Below, one piece after another: positions 1 through 9,108 of a DNA stretch of 53,655 bases. The notes below the pieces were generated by a model. That model was given only the letters and a program-made list of their open reading frames with translations. It had not been told where the DNA came from and ran no database searches. The position numbers and the translations under genes were made by a program. Each line of letters begins with the position of its first letter. The stretch's first letter is position 1. The DNA is from Eubacteriales bacterium (GTDB lineage Bacteria; Bacillota; Clostridia; Oscillospirales; CAG-272), in NCBI GenBank assembly GCA_045533435.1, contig JAZSHT010000068.1, positions 1 through 53,655 of the forward strand, read 5' to 3'.

Positions 1-437
1 CCCTTTTCAAATTTTCTTTTGTCAATTATGTACATCTGATTTGTTTTTGAAATCATAATTACATAGTTTTTACTTGTTACAACCTTTTTAATTACAGAAA
101 TATCAATAATAATAGGCGTGTCTTCCCCTAATCTGTGAATAATTTGTGTGTCGGTAACGGAAACATTAACCTCATATTCCTTGCCGTTATTTCTTTCCAT
201 ATCTCTCTTATATGGCACATTTTTGAAGTTGAAATACGATACTAATGTAATGATAAAGTAAAAGGCGAAAAAACAGGTTGCAGTCCAAGTATGTACAATA
301 ATGCTTCAAACCAAACAGATAATAACAAGACAATTAAGAATGATTTTAAATGGCGTTTTAAAGTATAAGTAATTTGCTAATTCACTATAAAATGCTTTAT
401 CTCTTGTATGTGCGCCTTCAAATAAAATTTCTTCCAT
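1..437 (-). pseudogene. YcxB-like membrane protein, 3' end outside window, interrupted by an in-frame TGA at codon 44 (306-308)
   Basis: Manual translation from ATG 437 (RBS AGGAG): MEEILFEGAHTRDKAFYSEL...VIICLV*SIIVHTWTATCFFAFYFIITLV...KKVVTSKNYVIMISKTNQMYIIDKRKFEKG. The frame is otherwise open to the window edge. Two TM segments plus a YcxB-like tail. Not in the ORF track. Confidence 0.6.
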
Positions 438-447
438 GTTTGTCTCC

Positions 448-852
448 TTAAAATAATTTAATAAACCCAATAATTAAAAATACAATGCTTGTAATACATA
501 CAATAAAGTCAAGAATTATAAGCTCTAATTCGCCTTCCTTCTTGCGTTCATTATTTTCTATTTGAGTTAATTTGTAAATTTCAAATTCGTGGGTTGACAT
601 CTGCTCCCAACCAAACCTTTTCCAAGTAATAATACGAAACAAAAAGAAACCCAGAAAAACGACACCTTCATATATAAAAATTAGTCCCATTATTTTTGCA
701 TTATCTTGATTTAAACCGCCAAATATTATACCACCAACGGTTAATATAGCAAAAATTATTGCAACCAAATAATATATTTTGTTTCGCCGTCTTAAATCCT
801 TTTCCCTTTTCGTTGTAAAATCGGGCAGCTTTGGTTTACCTTTAATTTCCAT
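448..852 (-). CDS. hypothetical membrane protein (3 predicted TM)
   Basis: 134-aa ORF with three hydrophobic stretches; overlaps the upstream gene in an operon-like arrangement. Confidence 0.75.
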   Translation of the reverse strand: MEIKGKPKLPDFTTKREKDLRRRNKIYYLVAIIFAILTVGGIIFGGLNQDNAKIMGLIFIYEGVVFLGFFLFRIITWKRFGWEQMSTHEFEIYKLTQIENNERKKEGELELIILDFIVCITSIVFLIIGFIKLF

Positions 853-1672
853 CGTCCTCGCTATTTAGTTTTTCTAAAAATTCCTTGGCAAGTGTGCCTA
901 AAACCGTCTTTGAAGCAATGTCGCAAACAGTCATAAATCTGTGTGTGCTTTCCATTTTATCTCCCAAAGCATACGCTGCAATACCCTTTAAGTAATTTAC
1001 AAAAGCAGATGCAATCTTATTATCGTCTTTAATGTTATCAAGTCGGGAAGCAAATTCTTTGATTTTTTCGCTATCCTCATTTGTAATGGCAAGTAAAAGA
1101 TTTATAACCGTATGACATTCCAAAATCCCCTTACGTTGCCTTTCATTTAATTTTGCATTTTTAGTCATAACTTGAAAATCAAATGCGGTTTTCTTAAAAT
1201 CCTCTAATTTTCCTGCAAAAAATTCACTTCTTGCTTTACCATATAAAGCGCTCAATTTGCTAAAAATCTTTTTCTCTCCAAATGCTTTTTTATCGTAGTA
1301 AATGGCGGTATCAAAGTCCCCTAAATAGAAATATGCGTTTGATAACATTCGATAAATAGGACCTCTTTCTTTTTCTAATGACGTTAGCATAATAAAATGC
1401 TTTCTTGCATCACATTCTATATAAAGTGCATTATAAATTGGGGTACTAACAAGTATGTACGCAAACAGTGATGCAAAAACGCCGACTGCAAAAAGAATAA
1501 TAAGTCCATAAGACCCGTCGGTGTCTATAATCACGTCTCCAAATATTTCGATATAAATCGGAGATGAAAGTAAAATACCTAAAATACAAACTACCGTCAA
1601 AACGATACATATAATTCTTCTTGTCTTAATCTTTTTAATTGCTCCGTTAAATTCCGTTGTGTTAATATCCAT
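842..1672 (-). CDS. membrane-anchored TPR-like repeat protein
   Basis: Two N-terminal TM helices, then helical repeats (AYFYLGDFDTAI; YLKGIAAYALGD); RBS AAGGGG. Confidence 0.7.
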   Translation of the reverse strand: MDINTTEFNGAIKKIKTRRIICIVLTVVCILGILLSSPIYIEIFGDVIIDTDGSYGLIILFAVGVFASLFAYILVSTPIYNALYIECDARKHFIMLTSLEKERGPIYRMLSNAYFYLGDFDTAIYYDKKAFGEKKIFSKLSALYGKARSEFFAGKLEDFKKTAFDFQVMTKNAKLNERQRKGILECHTVINLLLAITNEDSEKIKEFASRLDNIKDDNKIASAFVNYLKGIAAYALGDKMESTHRFMTVCDIASKTVLGTLAKEFLEKLNSEDDGN

Positions 1673-1783
1673 AAATGCACCCCTTAAATTTTCTTTACTA
1701 AATTATACCACCATTTATATTAAAATGCAACTAACCTACGGTTGCTTTTTGTGATATTTTTGTCAACCTACGGTTTACAAAAC

Positions 1784-1811
1784 AAAAAATAGCGACATGT
1801 GTCGCTATTTT
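1784..1811 (-). terminator. rho-independent terminator
   Basis: AAAATAGCGACA-TG-TGTCGCTATTTT inverted repeat at the stop of 1810..2061, with a U-tract on the minus strand. Confidence 0.75.
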
Positions 1812-2061
1812 AATATTCCGTTATACTGATTATTTCCCCATTTTCGTTTAAACGACATTCTATATTAGCGTTAGCGTTTTTTATAATTATCTCACTTGGC
1901 GGTTTTTCTATATGCTCATCAAGAAAATAATTTATGGCGCTTATACATTCGTTAAAGCTATTTAGGGTGTATTCCTTATAGCTGTCGCCACAGTATCCGC
2001 CAATATAAACATGGAATTTTCCATCCTCTTTAAGTTTTTTGATTAAGGACTCATTTAACAT
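1810..2061 (-). CDS. hypothetical protein
   Basis: 83-aa ORF with RBS GAGGTG and a downstream terminator. Confidence 0.65.
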   Translation of the reverse strand: MLNESLIKKLKEDGKFHVYIGGYCGDSYKEYTLNSFNECISAINYFLDEHIEKPPSEIIIKNANANIECRLNENGEIISITEY

Positions 2062-2165
2062 AATATCACCTCTTTACTATATCATACCATAAACTTGCCC
2101 GAAATTGTTGACATAAACTTAAAAAAATGATAAAATATTGCTATCAAATATTTTAGGAGTAAAAT

Positions 2166-2645
2166 ATGAAAATCGTAAATAAAGGCAACGGCGTTTTTAC
2201 CGTAGAAATGGAAAATGAAAACGATACAACCGTGCCAAAGAGCTTATTTTATAAAAGCGATGCTGAGGAAATAATCTTTCCCGAGGGAATAAAGGTTATA
2301 AATGATGAAGCAATGTGCTTTTGCTATTCTCTTAAAAAGGTATATTTACCATCAACAATAGAGCAAATAAAATACGGCATTTTTTATGGAATTTCCCAGC
2401 ATGCGATAACAATCTATTTTGACGGTAGCGTATCACGCTTTAAGAAAATTTCAAAACCATACAAGGAAATCATAACCGTTAATATCCCAGGCCCATACGA
2501 TGGCTATCCCTATTATATCACTGAAGGCTCATATAACGAGGAAAGAGAAGAAATGCGCTATTTCGATGCATTTTGCTCAGAAATAGAAGTAATTTGCAAC
2601 GATAACCAAAAGCTTTACTACGGCTATTCAAATAGTGGAAAATAG
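2166..2645 (+). CDS. BspA-type leucine-rich repeat (LRR_5) protein
   Basis: IIFPEGIKVINDEAMCFCYSLKKVYLPSTIEQI matches TpLRR repeats; RBS AGGAG; TTGACA-17-TAAAAT promoter upstream. Confidence 0.7.
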   Translation: MKIVNKGNGVFTVEMENENDTTVPKSLFYKSDAEEIIFPEGIKVINDEAMCFCYSLKKVYLPSTIEQIKYGIFYGISQHAITIYFDGSVSRFKKISKPYKEIITVNIPGPYDGYPYYITEGSYNEEREEMRYFDAFCSEIEVICNDNQKLYYGYSNSGK

Positions 2646-2661
2646 AATTAAGGAGTAAACT

Positions 2662-4401
2662 ATGAACTTTGAAATTAAAGGTAATCAATTTATAAAGGAC
2701 GGCAAGGAAATAAAGCTTATTTCCGGTGCAGTCCACTATTTTAGAAATATGAAGGATACTTGGCGTGATATTTTCAAGAAAATGAAAGCAATGGGACTTA
2801 ACTGTGTAGAAACCTACTGCGCTTGGAATATGCACGAAAAACAGCCTGATGTGTTTGATTTTACAGGAAATTACGATATAGCCGAGTTTGTAAAAACCGC
2901 CGAGAGCGAAGGACTTATGGTAATTGTCCGCCCAGGACCATATATCTGTGCCGAGTGGGAATTTGGCGGACTTCCTTGGTGGCTACAAACAATGGATGAT
3001 ATGGAAATCCGTTGCTCAAATCCAACCTATATGAACCGCTTTAAAATATACTTATCCCACCTTTTTGATGAAATTCGCCCACTGCTTTTCACAAACGGCG
3101 GACCAATCATTATGCTTCAATGCGAAAACGAATACGGCTACTATGGTGACGATAAGGAATATTTAAAATCACTTTATAATATCTACCGTGAGCTTGGCAT
3201 TGATGTGCCACTATTTACCTCAGACGGCACAGATACAAACTCACTTCTTGATGGCACAATAGAAGGCTGTATGCCAACATTAAACTTCGGCTCAAGAGTA
3301 GAGGAAAACTTCAAGGCTCACGATGAGCTTTTCCCAAATGCACCAAAAATGTGTATGGAAATGTGGAACGGCTGGTTTGATGCGTGGGGAGATGGCTTTC
3401 ACCATACAACCTCTGCCGAAAACTACGCCCAAGTAGTTGACGATATGCTTAAACGCGGCAGCCTTAATATGTATATGCTAATCGGTGGCACTAACTTCGG
3501 CTTTACAAGTGGCGCAAACCATTATGAATTATTTAAGCCCGATGTAACAAGCTACGATTATGATGCACCCCTTACCGAATGTGGCGACATTACACCAAAA
3601 TATATGGCGCTCCGTGAGGTAATTAAAAAATATGTAGATTACGACCTACCACCCGTGCCACAAAATAGAGAAAAGAGAGCATACGGCAAATTTACACTTA
3701 CCGAAAAAGCAAGTATTTTTGATAATCTTGATAACCTCTCCAAGCCAATTTTCTCAAATGTACCCAAATGTATGGAAGCATACGGTCAAGGCTATGGCTA
3801 TATCGCATATACAACCAAATTAAACCGTGATTACAATAACGCCGAATTGTTTATCGAAAGCCTTGGCGACAGAGCCCAAATCTACATAAATAGAGAATTA
3901 CAAGGCATAATGTATGTAAACGATAGCGATTTAAAAATGAAAATTACCGCTAAAAAAGGCGATACATTAACAATCCTTGTTGAAAATATGGGCAGAGCAA
4001 ACTTCGGCCCAAAAATGATGCGCAAAAAAGGCATCGCAGGCCGACTTCTCCTTGACGGTGGTAGAATTCACTTTAATTGGAACGCCTACCCACTTCCAAT
4101 GGATAACCTTGGTAAGCTAACCTACACCGATGCAGTAGTAGAGCCATCATGCTTCTTGCGTGGCACATTCACAGTAGATAAGGTAGCCGATACATTTATC
4201 TACCTTGATAACTTCAAAAAAGGCTTTGTCCTAATTAACGGCTTCAATATCGGCAGATATTGGGAAATCGGACCACAAAAGTCCCTTTATATCCCCGCAT
4301 CGCTCCTTAAAGAAGGCGAAAACGAAATTATCATCTTTGAGTCCGACGGACTAAAAGGCGACGCTAGCGTTGCGTTTTTAGACTATCCAACATTACAATA
4401 G
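2662..4401 (+). CDS. beta-galactosidase, glycoside hydrolase family 35
   Basis: Motifs SGAVHYFR, RPGPYICAEWEFGG, MLQCENEYG, TSYDYDAP and GRYWEIGPQ. Confidence 0.95.
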   Translation: MNFEIKGNQFIKDGKEIKLISGAVHYFRNMKDTWRDIFKKMKAMGLNCVETYCAWNMHEKQPDVFDFTGNYDIAEFVKTAESEGLMVIVRPGPYICAEWEFGGLPWWLQTMDDMEIRCSNPTYMNRFKIYLSHLFDEIRPLLFTNGGPIIMLQCENEYGYYGDDKEYLKSLYNIYRELGIDVPLFTSDGTDTNSLLDGTIEGCMPTLNFGSRVEENFKAHDELFPNAPKMCMEMWNGWFDAWGDGFHHTTSAENYAQVVDDMLKRGSLNMYMLIGGTNFGFTSGANHYELFKPDVTSYDYDAPLTECGDITPKYMALREVIKKYVDYDLPPVPQNREKRAYGKFTLTEKASIFDNLDNLSKPIFSNVPKCMEAYGQGYGYIAYTTKLNRDYNNAELFIESLGDRAQIYINRELQGIMYVNDSDLKMKITAKKGDTLTILVENMGRANFGPKMMRKKGIAGRLLLDGGRIHFNWNAYPLPMDNLGKLTYTDAVVEPSCFLRGTFTVDKVADTFIYLDNFKKGFVLINGFNIGRYWEIGPQKSLYIPASLLKEGENEIIIFESDGLKGDASVAFLDYPTLQ

Positions 4402-4590
4402 CCATTAGCTGCCAGCCGCCAGCAATTAGCGAGATTAGATAATTGCATTGTTGGGGGTAATTAGCTTAAAATGTTGTTACTTATATTATTTTTAAGAAAA
4501 TAAGCAAAAGCCTGTTCGTGCTTTTCGCGGTCTAATATTGCTGACTGCTGACCGCTAACCGCTGACGGCTTTTGCGACCGTAGGGAGCAA
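4400..4590. repeat. intergenic element with inverted heptamer-repeat arms (copy 1)
   Basis: Left arm AGCCATT-AGCTGCC-AGCCGCC-AGCAATT-AGC-GAGATTAGA (4400-4439). Right arm TCTAATATT-GCTGACT-GCTGACC-GCTAACC-GCTGACG-GCT (4531-4570). Followed by hairpin TTGC-GA-CC-GTA-GG-GA-GCAA. Confidence 0.75.
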
Positions 4591-4594
4591 TAAA

Positions 4595-5065
4595 ATGTCA
4601 ATAGAAAGAGTCAAAAAATATTTTAGCGAATTAGGCATAGAAAACAGAATACAAGAATTTTCCGTGTCAAGTGCCACAGTTGACCTTGCCGCACAAGCAC
4701 TAGGCTGCGAGCCATGCCGAATTGCCAAAACCATATCCTTTATGCTTGATAATCAAGCGGTACTAATAGTTGCCGCAGGAGATGCTAAAATAGACAACGC
4801 AAAATATAAAGCGTTTTTCGGTAAAAAAGCAAAAATGCTAACTCCCGATGAAGCAACCGCCTTAATCGGACATTCAGTAGGCGGCATTTGCCCCTTCGCC
4901 ACAAACGAAGGCACAAAAATCTACCTTGATGTGTCTTTAAAACGCTTCAAAACCATTTTCCCCGCCTGCGGTAGCAGTAATAGCGCAATCGAGCTAACAA
5001 TCCCCGAGCTTGAAAGCTATTCAAACTACATCGCTTGGATAGATGTATGCAAAAATTATCAATAA
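4595..5065 (+). CDS. YbaK/EbsC family aminoacyl-tRNA editing (deacylase) protein
   Basis: SSATVDLAAQALGCEPCRIAKT and GHSVGGICPF motifs. Confidence 0.9.
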   Translation: MSIERVKKYFSELGIENRIQEFSVSSATVDLAAQALGCEPCRIAKTISFMLDNQAVLIVAAGDAKIDNAKYKAFFGKKAKMLTPDEATALIGHSVGGICPFATNEGTKIYLDVSLKRFKTIFPACGSSNSAIELTIPELESYSNYIAWIDVCKNYQ

Positions 5066-5087
5066 ATTTGAGGCGAGAAAAGATTTT

Positions 5088-5636
5088 ATGGGAAAAATAT
5101 ATAGCAGATTAGCCTTAAAAGAAAGACTGTATATTTGTGAACAATTAGTACAAAAAACACCTGTAATTCAGATAGCACAAAATATAAAGCATAATATTTC
5201 AACTGTTTATCGTGAAATTCGAAGAGGAACGGTAAAAGGAAAGTACGATCCGTATTTAGCTGATGAAAAAGTCAAGGCTATTAATAGGTGCAAAGGAGCG
5301 AAAGGGATTATTTCAAAGGAAGTTGCTGAAATTATATCGCAGTTGATTTTGAATGAAGCTCTTTCACCTGAAAAAGTGATTATTCGTTTGCGTGAAATGA
5401 ACTTAAATTTTGAAGTTCCGACTTCAACAAGGACAATATATTCCGCTATTGACAAAGGGATTATCCCTAATGTTAGTAGAAGCGATTTACATAAAAATAA
5501 AACTACTACACATGTATTTTCTAACGGAATGATTAGAATACCAAAATGGATAATAGAAAAAACAAATATCAAGGATGGCGATATTGCTTCTTTCGAATTT
5601 GTTAATAATGAAATTATAATAAAGATAAAAAAATAA
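5088..5636 (+). CDS. IS30-type N-terminal HTH region fused to a C-terminal AbrB/MazE-like domain; no DDE domain
   Basis: IAQNIKHNISTVYREIRRG and SPEKVI...TRTIYSAIDKG resemble the IS30 transposase N-terminus. GMIRIPKWIIEKTNIKDGD resembles AbrB. Likely start is ATG 5088 after GAGG (track start 5043). Confidence 0.7.
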   Translation: MGKIYSRLALKERLYICEQLVQKTPVIQIAQNIKHNISTVYREIRRGTVKGKYDPYLADEKVKAINRCKGAKGIISKEVAEIISQLILNEALSPEKVIIRLREMNLNFEVPTSTRTIYSAIDKGIIPNVSRSDLHKNKTTTHVFSNGMIRIPKWIIEKTNIKDGDIASFEFVNNEIIIKIKK

Positions 5637-5680
5637 AAATGCCCTACAAGTGTAAATAAACACTTGTAGGCTCTTTTATT
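5636..5680. terminator. bidirectional terminator
   Basis: CCTACAAGTGT/ACACTTGTAGG stem between convergent genes. Confidence 0.7.
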
Positions 5681-6168
5681 TAATTGCTTTTTGCATACTC
5701 ATTTATAAGCTTTTGTACCTTCTCAAACTTTTCCTTGTCAAATTCGTATGCTTGTCTTTCCTTGACAAAATTTCCACTTCCACGCTTTTCAAAATCGTAT
5801 CGTGGAATTAACTGAATATGATAGTGATTTGCAGGGCCATCGCACATAGTGCACATATACACTCTTACGCAACCGTAAACATCTCTTATAATATTCATAA
5901 ACGCTTTTGCAAAACGAATAATCTTTTCGTTAATATAGTCGGGAGCCTCACTCATATCATGATAATGCTCAATAGTTGAAATACACATATGTCCCTTAGC
6001 TCTTGGATTTTTAGCAAAAAAGCATTCAATATCCTTGTCCTTGTAAATTACAATATCACTGTCATCGCCGTAAATTGCTCCGTTATGAGACCTGTTAAAG
6101 CAGGTAGGACAAATTCCCATGTCTGTAAGCTCCGCAGGAGTACATTTTAAAAGCTCGTTTTCTGTCAT
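5680..6168 (-). CDS. HIT family protein
   Basis: N-terminal CPTC, PRAKGH and HYHIQLIPR (HxHxQ variant). Confidence 0.85.
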   Translation of the reverse strand: MTENELLKCTPAELTDMGICPTCFNRSHNGAIYGDDSDIVIYKDKDIECFFAKNPRAKGHMCISTIEHYHDMSEAPDYINEKIIRFAKAFMNIIRDVYGCVRVYMCTMCDGPANHYHIQLIPRYDFEKRGSGNFVKERQAYEFDKEKFEKVQKLINEYAKSN

Positions 6169-7208
6169 AGCTTCACCTCATTTTTTAATACCTTAATAAT
6201 CGCCATTGCCATTGAATAAAAGCCCAAATCATTAGGATGACATGAGTCCACCGTGCCCTCATCATGGCAAATTTTCATAAGAGTCTTGCCATCAATAAAG
6301 TACACATTCTTATCCCCATTATCCCTTGCATTTTCATAGGTGCGCTTTATAATCTCACGCCTGATTTTTTCATCCTTAGTCAAATTATACTTCGGTCTTG
6401 ACATCATAATAATAGGCAAATTCATCTTTGCTTCCCTTATTTCCTTAAACATTCTTTCGTGTGTAGATTCTAAATGCTGGGTAGTCGGTGCATTATGGTC
6501 GTAATCGTACACAAAAGCACTCATATCAAGGGAACAAATGTAATGTGATATCTCTTTTTCCGCCCTCGCATTACCCGAAAAGCCAAGATTTATATGGTCA
6601 ACGCCAAGTCTTTGCGAAATTATCGCCTCATAAGCATTTCCAGGCCTTGAAGCGCAACCGCCTTGTGTAATTGATGAGCCGTAATATACAATGGGCTTAT
6701 CTATTTTATAACACTCTGCTTTTTCTATTTTCGCATTTTTTCCAACACCAATATAAAGCTCGTTAACATCACTATATAATGGAAAGTTAATTGTAATTTC
6801 ACGCATTTTCTTGCTACCAAACTCAATAACACCCTCATACCCATCATTTAACTCAAATGGCGGCACAAAAGAAGCATAGTATTTTTCACTTATATATAAA
6901 TCAAAGCCCGATGAGCCGGTCAACGCAAAATGTGGCATCTTACCAATATGGGACATTTTTGTATGTATAGCAATATATTTACTATCTGTCTTAAATTTAA
7001 CTCTGCCACCGGCAGTATTTGAATGTAGCCAATAAACACCCTCGCTTACACTCTTAGCCACATCCTCTTTCATTCTTCTAAATTTCCCATTCTCATAAAA
7101 AACACCGTAAACGCTAAACGGCTTATTTTTTACATCATAAAAAACAATATCACGCTTATTTAATTTGGTTTCCACCTTAAAATTTTTATCAATTTTTGAA
7201 ATATCCAT
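6165..7208 (-). CDS. SGNH/GDSL hydrolase with N-terminal GxDLY domain
   Basis: SGFDLY, YGSSITQG, NLGFSGNA and DSCHPND motifs. Confidence 0.9.
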   Translation of the reverse strand: MDISKIDKNFKVETKLNKRDIVFYDVKNKPFSVYGVFYENGKFRRMKEDVAKSVSEGVYWLHSNTAGGRVKFKTDSKYIAIHTKMSHIGKMPHFALTGSSGFDLYISEKYYASFVPPFELNDGYEGVIEFGSKKMREITINFPLYSDVNELYIGVGKNAKIEKAECYKIDKPIVYYGSSITQGGCASRPGNAYEAIISQRLGVDHINLGFSGNARAEKEISHYICSLDMSAFVYDYDHNAPTTQHLESTHERMFKEIREAKMNLPIIMMSRPKYNLTKDEKIRREIIKRTYENARDNGDKNVYFIDGKTLMKICHDEGTVDSCHPNDLGFYSMAMAIIKVLKNEVKL

Positions 7209-7256
7209 AATATCACCTCATATCCATTATAAAGCACAATCCTAAAAAAAGCAATA

Positions 7257-7286
7257 AAAAACTGTGTGCCGAAGCACACAGTTTTT
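7257..7286 (-). terminator. rho-independent terminator
   Basis: AAAAACTGTGTGC-CGAA-GCACACAGTTTTT. Confidence 0.8.
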
Positions 7287-7288
7287 AA

Positions 7289-8851
7289 TTATTTAGCTTG
7301 CTTTTTGCTAAGATACTTAATTAAGAAGATTGCACCAATGAAAATAGCAAGTGTAGCAACCCACATAATAATAGCACTAAGAACTCCGCCAAGTGATGCA
7401 CAAGCACCTGCGATTAAGTAAGAAATTACCGCAATACCTGCAACAAGTGAAGCATATGGCAACTGAGTATTAACATGCTCAACGTGGTTGCACTGCGCAC
7501 CTGCGGAAGCGAGAATTGTTGTATCTGAAATTGGGGAAATGTGGTCGCCAAATACAGCACCGCCAAGAGTTGCAGAAACTGTAATAAGCATAAGTGTTGT
7601 TACATTTGCGCTTCCACCTAAAAGTGTAACTGCAATAGGAACAAGAACGCCGAATGTTCCCCATGATGTACCTGTTGAGAAAGCAATTAAGCCTGCTAAA
7701 ATAAAGAATATTGCAGGGAAAATAAATTGTGGGAAGCTGCTGCCCTCAAGATTGTTTTGAACGAATGCTTGAGCATCAAGATATCCGCCTCTTGCACCCA
7801 TAATGCCTGAAATTGTCCAAGCAAATGTAAGAATAAGAATAGCAGGAACCATAGCCTTAAAGCCCTCTGTAAAGCTACCCATAATATCCTTAAAGGAAAC
7901 AACCTTAGTTACAATATAGTAAATTGCAATAATGAATAAAGCAATAATTGAACCGATAGCAAGAGACATACCTGCATCACAGTTAGAGAACGCCTCAATT
8001 ATATTTGCAGATTGAAGCTCTGTGTCAATAAGACCTGTATCCCAGTTGTAGAAGAAGCCTGTATAAATCATACCGCCAATACAACAAAGAATAAGAATAA
8101 TTACAGGAATTAAAAGATGCTTAACAGTTCCGCGTGGATTTGCTTGAATTTCCTCACCCTTTGAGCCATCGGACTCAACGCCTGAGTGAACGTCGCCTGT
8201 TGCTTCTGTCATATCATCGTTTTTCTTCATCTTACCAAAGTCAAACTTGAAGAAGCAAAGAGCAAATACCATTGCAATAGTTAAAAGTGCATAAACATTA
8301 AATGGAATAGTCTTAATAAACATAACAAGACCATTACCCTCAAGCTCGCCTGTAACTGCAGCCGCCCAGCTTGAAATTGGAGCGATAATACAGATAGGAG
8401 CAGCAGTTGCGTCAATAATGTAAGCAAGCTTGCTTCTTGATACCTTAAACTTATCTGTAACAGGACGCATAACTGAACCAACAGTTAAGCAGTTAAAATA
8501 GTCATCAACGAAGATAAGACAACCAAGACCTGCAGTTGCAGCAAGCGCGCCACCCTTAGTTTTGATTTTCTTTCCTGCCCAATCGCCGTAGGCTCTTGCG
8601 CCACCTGATTTTTGCATAAGAACAACTAAAATTCCAAGAACAACAAGGAATACGATAATAGGAACATTAGCTCCTACCTTTTCACTCATTACATTAAATA
8701 GAGTGAATAACGCCTTAAGCGGATTACCGCCGGCATACATCATAGCACCTACAAAAATACCAAAGAACAGAGAAATATAAACCTGCTTAGATATGAGTGC
8801 AAGAACTATGGCAACAATAGCGGGCAAAAACGCCCAAAATGTACCTTCCAT
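7289..8851 (-). CDS. NhaC-family transporter, probable lysine transporter (LysW-like)
   Basis: IFVDDYFN, TGTSWGTFG and GAVFGDHISPISDTTILAS motifs; many TM helices; preceded by a lysine riboswitch. Confidence 0.85.
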   Translation of the reverse strand: MEGTFWAFLPAIVAIVLALISKQVYISLFFGIFVGAMMYAGGNPLKALFTLFNVMSEKVGANVPIIVFLVVLGILVVLMQKSGGARAYGDWAGKKIKTKGGALAATAGLGCLIFVDDYFNCLTVGSVMRPVTDKFKVSRSKLAYIIDATAAPICIIAPISSWAAAVTGELEGNGLVMFIKTIPFNVYALLTIAMVFALCFFKFDFGKMKKNDDMTEATGDVHSGVESDGSKGEEIQANPRGTVKHLLIPVIILILCCIGGMIYTGFFYNWDTGLIDTELQSANIIEAFSNCDAGMSLAIGSIIALFIIAIYYIVTKVVSFKDIMGSFTEGFKAMVPAILILTFAWTISGIMGARGGYLDAQAFVQNNLEGSSFPQFIFPAIFFILAGLIAFSTGTSWGTFGVLVPIAVTLLGGSANVTTLMLITVSATLGGAVFGDHISPISDTTILASAGAQCNHVEHVNTQLPYASLVAGIAVISYLIAGACASLGGVLSAIIMWVATLAIFIGAIFLIKYLSKKQAK

Positions 8852-8893
8852 GATTTCCTCCTTAAATTTATTTTATTTTCATAATGGAAGCAT

Positions 8894-8926
8894 AAAAAAT
8901 CACGGTACTATCAAATACCGTGATTA
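8894..8926 (-). terminator. riboswitch expression-platform terminator
   Basis: Minus strand AATCACGGTA-loop-TACCGTGATT followed by a U-tract, between the aptamer and the RBS. Confidence 0.75.
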
Positions 8927-8940
8927 AAAAATCATAATAT

Positions 8941-9097
8941 CCAATAGCACTCCGCATAACCATGCGACAGTTATTACGATATTCTCGCAATACCCAAATA
9001 TGCTTCCTTGGGAAAAAGCATATTTTCGGCAAGTATTCCTTTACCACGCAAACTAAAACCCCATTTGCGCTTATCATAATACTCGCAACCTCTATTT
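8941..9097 (-). ncRNA. lysine riboswitch (L-box)
   Basis: Minus strand reads AGAGGTTGCG...AAAGGAATACTTGCCGAA...TTGGG...GAATA...ACTGTC...GGAGTGCTA, the conserved L-box segments in order, in the leader of a NhaC transporter. Confidence 0.9.
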
Positions 9098-9108
9098 TTT
9101 ATGAACAA

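Noticed and set aside
306-308. Genome-wide TGA recoding or selenocysteine
   Set aside because: Several well-conserved genes in the window end at TGA at their expected length, and the context is a TM helix rather than a redox motif.
5043-5680. Intact IS30 insertion sequence
   Set aside because: No DDE domain, terminal inverted repeats or target duplication were seen.
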